Shown here in pieces: positions 61,021 through 64,000 of a stretch of 64,000 nucleotides of DNA. Position 1 is the first letter of the stretch, and each line of letters starts with the position of its first letter. The notes beneath the pieces were generated by a model. The model was not told the DNA's origin. It did no database searches and was given only the letters and a program-made list of their open reading frames with translations. The stretch is from the human T2T-CHM13v2.0 reference genome, Homo sapiens. The stretch lies in the NCBI RefSeq assembly GCF_009914755.1, contig NC_060931.1. One strand, given 5' to 3'. A program made the translations under genes and the position numbers.

Positions 61021-62231
61021 ATCTGTCATTTCACGTACTCATCACTGTCTCCAACCTCTTCAGAACCAGAATCCACCTAACCATTAACAAATTGCCCAGG
61101 ATAGAGATAGACAAGGCATCTGTCCAAACCAGGTACTGCTTATTTTGTGGAAATTAGCAGAGTGGTTTCTATGGGTATGGCCAAGAGGTACATTTGGAGT
61201 TTTGCTAGAAGGTAGGTAAAGCAATCATATCATGCACAGGCCATTTTGGCTGCAGGTTGCAAATGGTTTCTGGTGAATGGCCAATGGGTAGTCTCTTTAT
61301 TCTCTTCTCTAAGCCCTCTCAAAGCAAAATTCCCTATCTTAGAGGGAAGGTTTAATTTTTACAACTTGAAAAAAGCCAGAATGAAATGGTTCATTTGCAC
61401 CTGGCCTATGGCTTGACAAGAAATCCTGGAGGCTAGTGTTGAAAGACAATAAATCTTTGCAAGATGGCAGGAAAATTTGTAGCCAGAGCTGGGCAAAGCG
61501 TCTTCTATAGCAATGAATTCAGAAAAGCTGATAGGACTGGCTGATAGTATATTTGCAAAATTTAGAAGCCCCTCTCTTGTTGGCTGAGAAAGTCTGAAAG
61601 TACAAAGCATTATGCCACTGAAGCATTAAGAGGCAGTATGCTTGTCTTATTTAATTTAGTTTTAAGCATCAAAACTTTGGTATTTTGTGGTGCATTGTTT
61701 TGGAAACATTGAGATGCATTTTACATAAGCTTAATTAACTCAGAATAAGTAAAGAGATTCACAGCAGCAAATCATTTGCTGGAAGATGGTTCTTTAGGGT
61801 CAGGATCCCTATGCAGTACAGGAGTGCCTCCTGGGAATCAGAGCATGAATCCTAGGTGACATACTCCTCCCAGCTGCCCCCTAGGATGCAGGTGCTGCCA
61901 CTAGGTCCAGGCTCAGAGATGCCTGCTGAGTTGCCATTTTCCTCCTTATAGAATTCCTTCTCTGCCCATTTCTTTTTCTGGCTTACTCCTCTTTTTGTTC
62001 ACTTCAGTTTATAACACAGATGTTAGCTAATCATGATTTTTATCTGGATCCTCCAACATCCCAAAGGAATATTTTAGAAGGGACTTTTTCTATGGTAAAA
62101 TGGCAGGCCATAGGATAATTCCAGTGGGTTGGGGAAAGATATTTGGGAAGGAGATGTATTAGGAGGCTTAAATTATACCATGTGACTGGTTCTCATGGCC
62201 TTCAGTGGTAACTCACAGTAACTTTACCACC

Positions 62232-63095
62232 TGTTATGGCTGAATTGTGCTTCCTCCCTGAAAAAAGGATATATTGAAATGCTAACTGTCAGTACCTCAG
62301 AATGTGACCTTATTTGGAAATAGGGTGATAAAGTTAAAATGAGGTCATTAGGATGGGCCCTGCTATGGTTTGACTGTGTCATCTTCAAAATTTAGGTCTT
62401 GAAACTTAATGGCCAATATGATGAAATTAAGAGGTGGGACCATTAAGAGGTGATTAGGCCATAATGACTCCTCCCCCAAGAACAGAATTAAATCACTATT
62501 AAAGAGACTTCATGCAGCATTCAACTAGCCTGCGCTTCCACCTTCCACCGAGTGAGAGCACCACATTCCTCCCCTTCAGAGGATGCAGCATCAAGGCACC
62601 ATCTTGGAAGCAGAGAGCAGCCTTCACCAGAAAACCAAACCTGGCAATGCCTTGACCTTGGACTGCCAGCCTCAAGAACCATAAGAAAGTAAATTTCTGT
62701 TCTTTATAAACTACTCAGTCTCAATTACCCTGTTAGAGCAGCACAAAGTGGACTAAGATAAGCCCTATTCCAATATGACTGGTGTCTTTATAAAATGGGC
62801 AAATTTGGACATATGGACAGACACACAAAGACAGAAGATGATGTAAAGACCAGAGAACATATGTGAAGATGAAAGAGTGGGTGACGCATCTGCAAGCCAA
62901 AGAATGCCTAAGGCTACACGAAGCTAAGAGAGAGACATGGCACAATCCTTTCCTAGTGCCTTCAGAGGGAGAACAGCCCTATTGACACCTTCATTTCAGA
63001 TTTCTAGACTCCAGAATTGTGAAGCAACAAATTTCTGTTGTTCTAAGCCATCCATTTGTGGTTCTTTGTCACATCATTTCTGGGACTCTAATATA
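62232..63095 (+). mobile_element. MLT1B/C-like MaLR solo LTR, host of a nested insertion
   Basis: tgttatggctgaattgtg...gtacctcagaatgtgaccttatttggaaataggg; perfect 5-bp TSD ccacc (62227-62231, 63096-63100). Confidence 0.85.
62361..62760 (+). mobile_element. MSTD/MSTC-like MaLR solo LTR nested in the MLT1B
   Basis: tgctatggtttgactgtgtc...gaggatgcagcatcaaggcaccatcttggaagcagagagcag...ggactaagata; TSD ggccc/agccc. Confidence 0.85.
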
Positions 63096-63125
63096 CCACC
63101 TGTTTTACCTTTTAGCCAAGGCTCT

Positions 63126-63666
63126 TGTATCAATTGTCTATTGCCCCAATAAAGCTACACAACAAACTACCACAAAATTTCAATTGCAAACAACAACAAA
63201 CACTAGTCAAACTCATCAAGTCTGTAGGATCCAGCTAATTTGAACTGAGCTCAACTAATCTTTGCTAGGCTTTCTTAAGAGGTCTCTGTCAGCTGCACAT
63301 CAATCTATCAATTGCTCCTGCCAATAATAGTGGCTTGCTCATCATGTGTTTGGGTGTTGACTGGTTCCTAGCTGATATAGGTTGGCCTTAATCAGAATGA
63401 CTGGGATGACTTGGCTTCTTTCACCTATCTCAATTTCCAGCTGGTTAGCTCAAATGTATTTCTCTCAAGGCAATAGCAGATGGCAAGAGCACAAGCAGAA
63501 ATAAACAAGTACCTTTTCAAGCCTCCATTTGCATGATGCATGCTAACGTCCAATTATTCTGAGTAAGTCATATGGCTGGGTCCCTTGTAGAGCACTATAA
63601 GATTATAGGACTATGGGTTAGAGAGGGGTATAGAATAAGGGCCCTTAATGCAATCAATCTACTATA
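63126..63666 (-). mobile_element. MLT1G/H-like MaLR solo LTR
   Basis: tgtatcaattgtctattgcc...acaaactaccacaaaatttcaat...gtaagtcatatggct...gcaatcaatctacta. Confidence 0.65.
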
Positions 63667-64000
63667 GCTCTGATTTCCATGTAAAACTCTCAGAAATAGG
63701 GCAGTAAAGTACCCCCTGGAAAAGCCCCTAGCATTTTTTCTGTGTTTGGACAGTCTACCTTGTTCAATCACAACACAGTTATCCAGCTAGTCAATCTTCA
63801 TAGGGATTGACTCTAGGCTAAGAACTCTAGGGTATACAGAAATAAGTAAGGATTGTGTCCTACCATAAGGGAGCTTCTAATATAATAGCCATAAACCCAA
63901 AAAATGTCAGCATGATGAGGACCTTGAGAAGGGCCAAAGAGGTACCAATAAGTTGTCACAGGGTTGAGATTGCCAAATACCATGATCTGCAGAAGGGTCC

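Overview
Non-coding primate (human or great-ape) genomic DNA, intergenic or deep intronic. I recognise no host protein-coding exon, tRNA, rRNA, snRNA or CRISPR array, and I cannot name the locus. The dominant feature is a full-length, retrotransposition-dead L1PA2-type LINE-1 (25283-31306, +, perfect 16-bp TSD) with one nonsense codon in ORF1 and two frameshifts in ORF2. Around it are 12 dimeric Alus, two FLAM-type monomers, an LTR9-like ERV1 solo LTR with four octamer motifs, several MaLR/ERVL solo LTRs (some nested), Tigger3, MER and MADE2 DNA transposons, old L1M/L2/CR1/MIR fragments and microsatellites. Repeat subfamily names come from recalled consensus sequences and need RepeatMasker/Dfam confirmation. 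I found no evidence of a new protein-based system. The most interesting structures are: (i) a recent ~0.7-kb non-tandem local duplication (42193-42881 vs 45758-46484, 97% identical outside the Alu) whose donor and direction can be read from the sequence; (ii) an older ~170-bp direct repeat just downstream that I cannot assign to a repeat family; (iii) the octamer-rich LTR9-like element; (iv) two repeat-poor blocks with HOX/SOX and PBX-MEIS/TEAD motif clusters that look like developmental enhancers.
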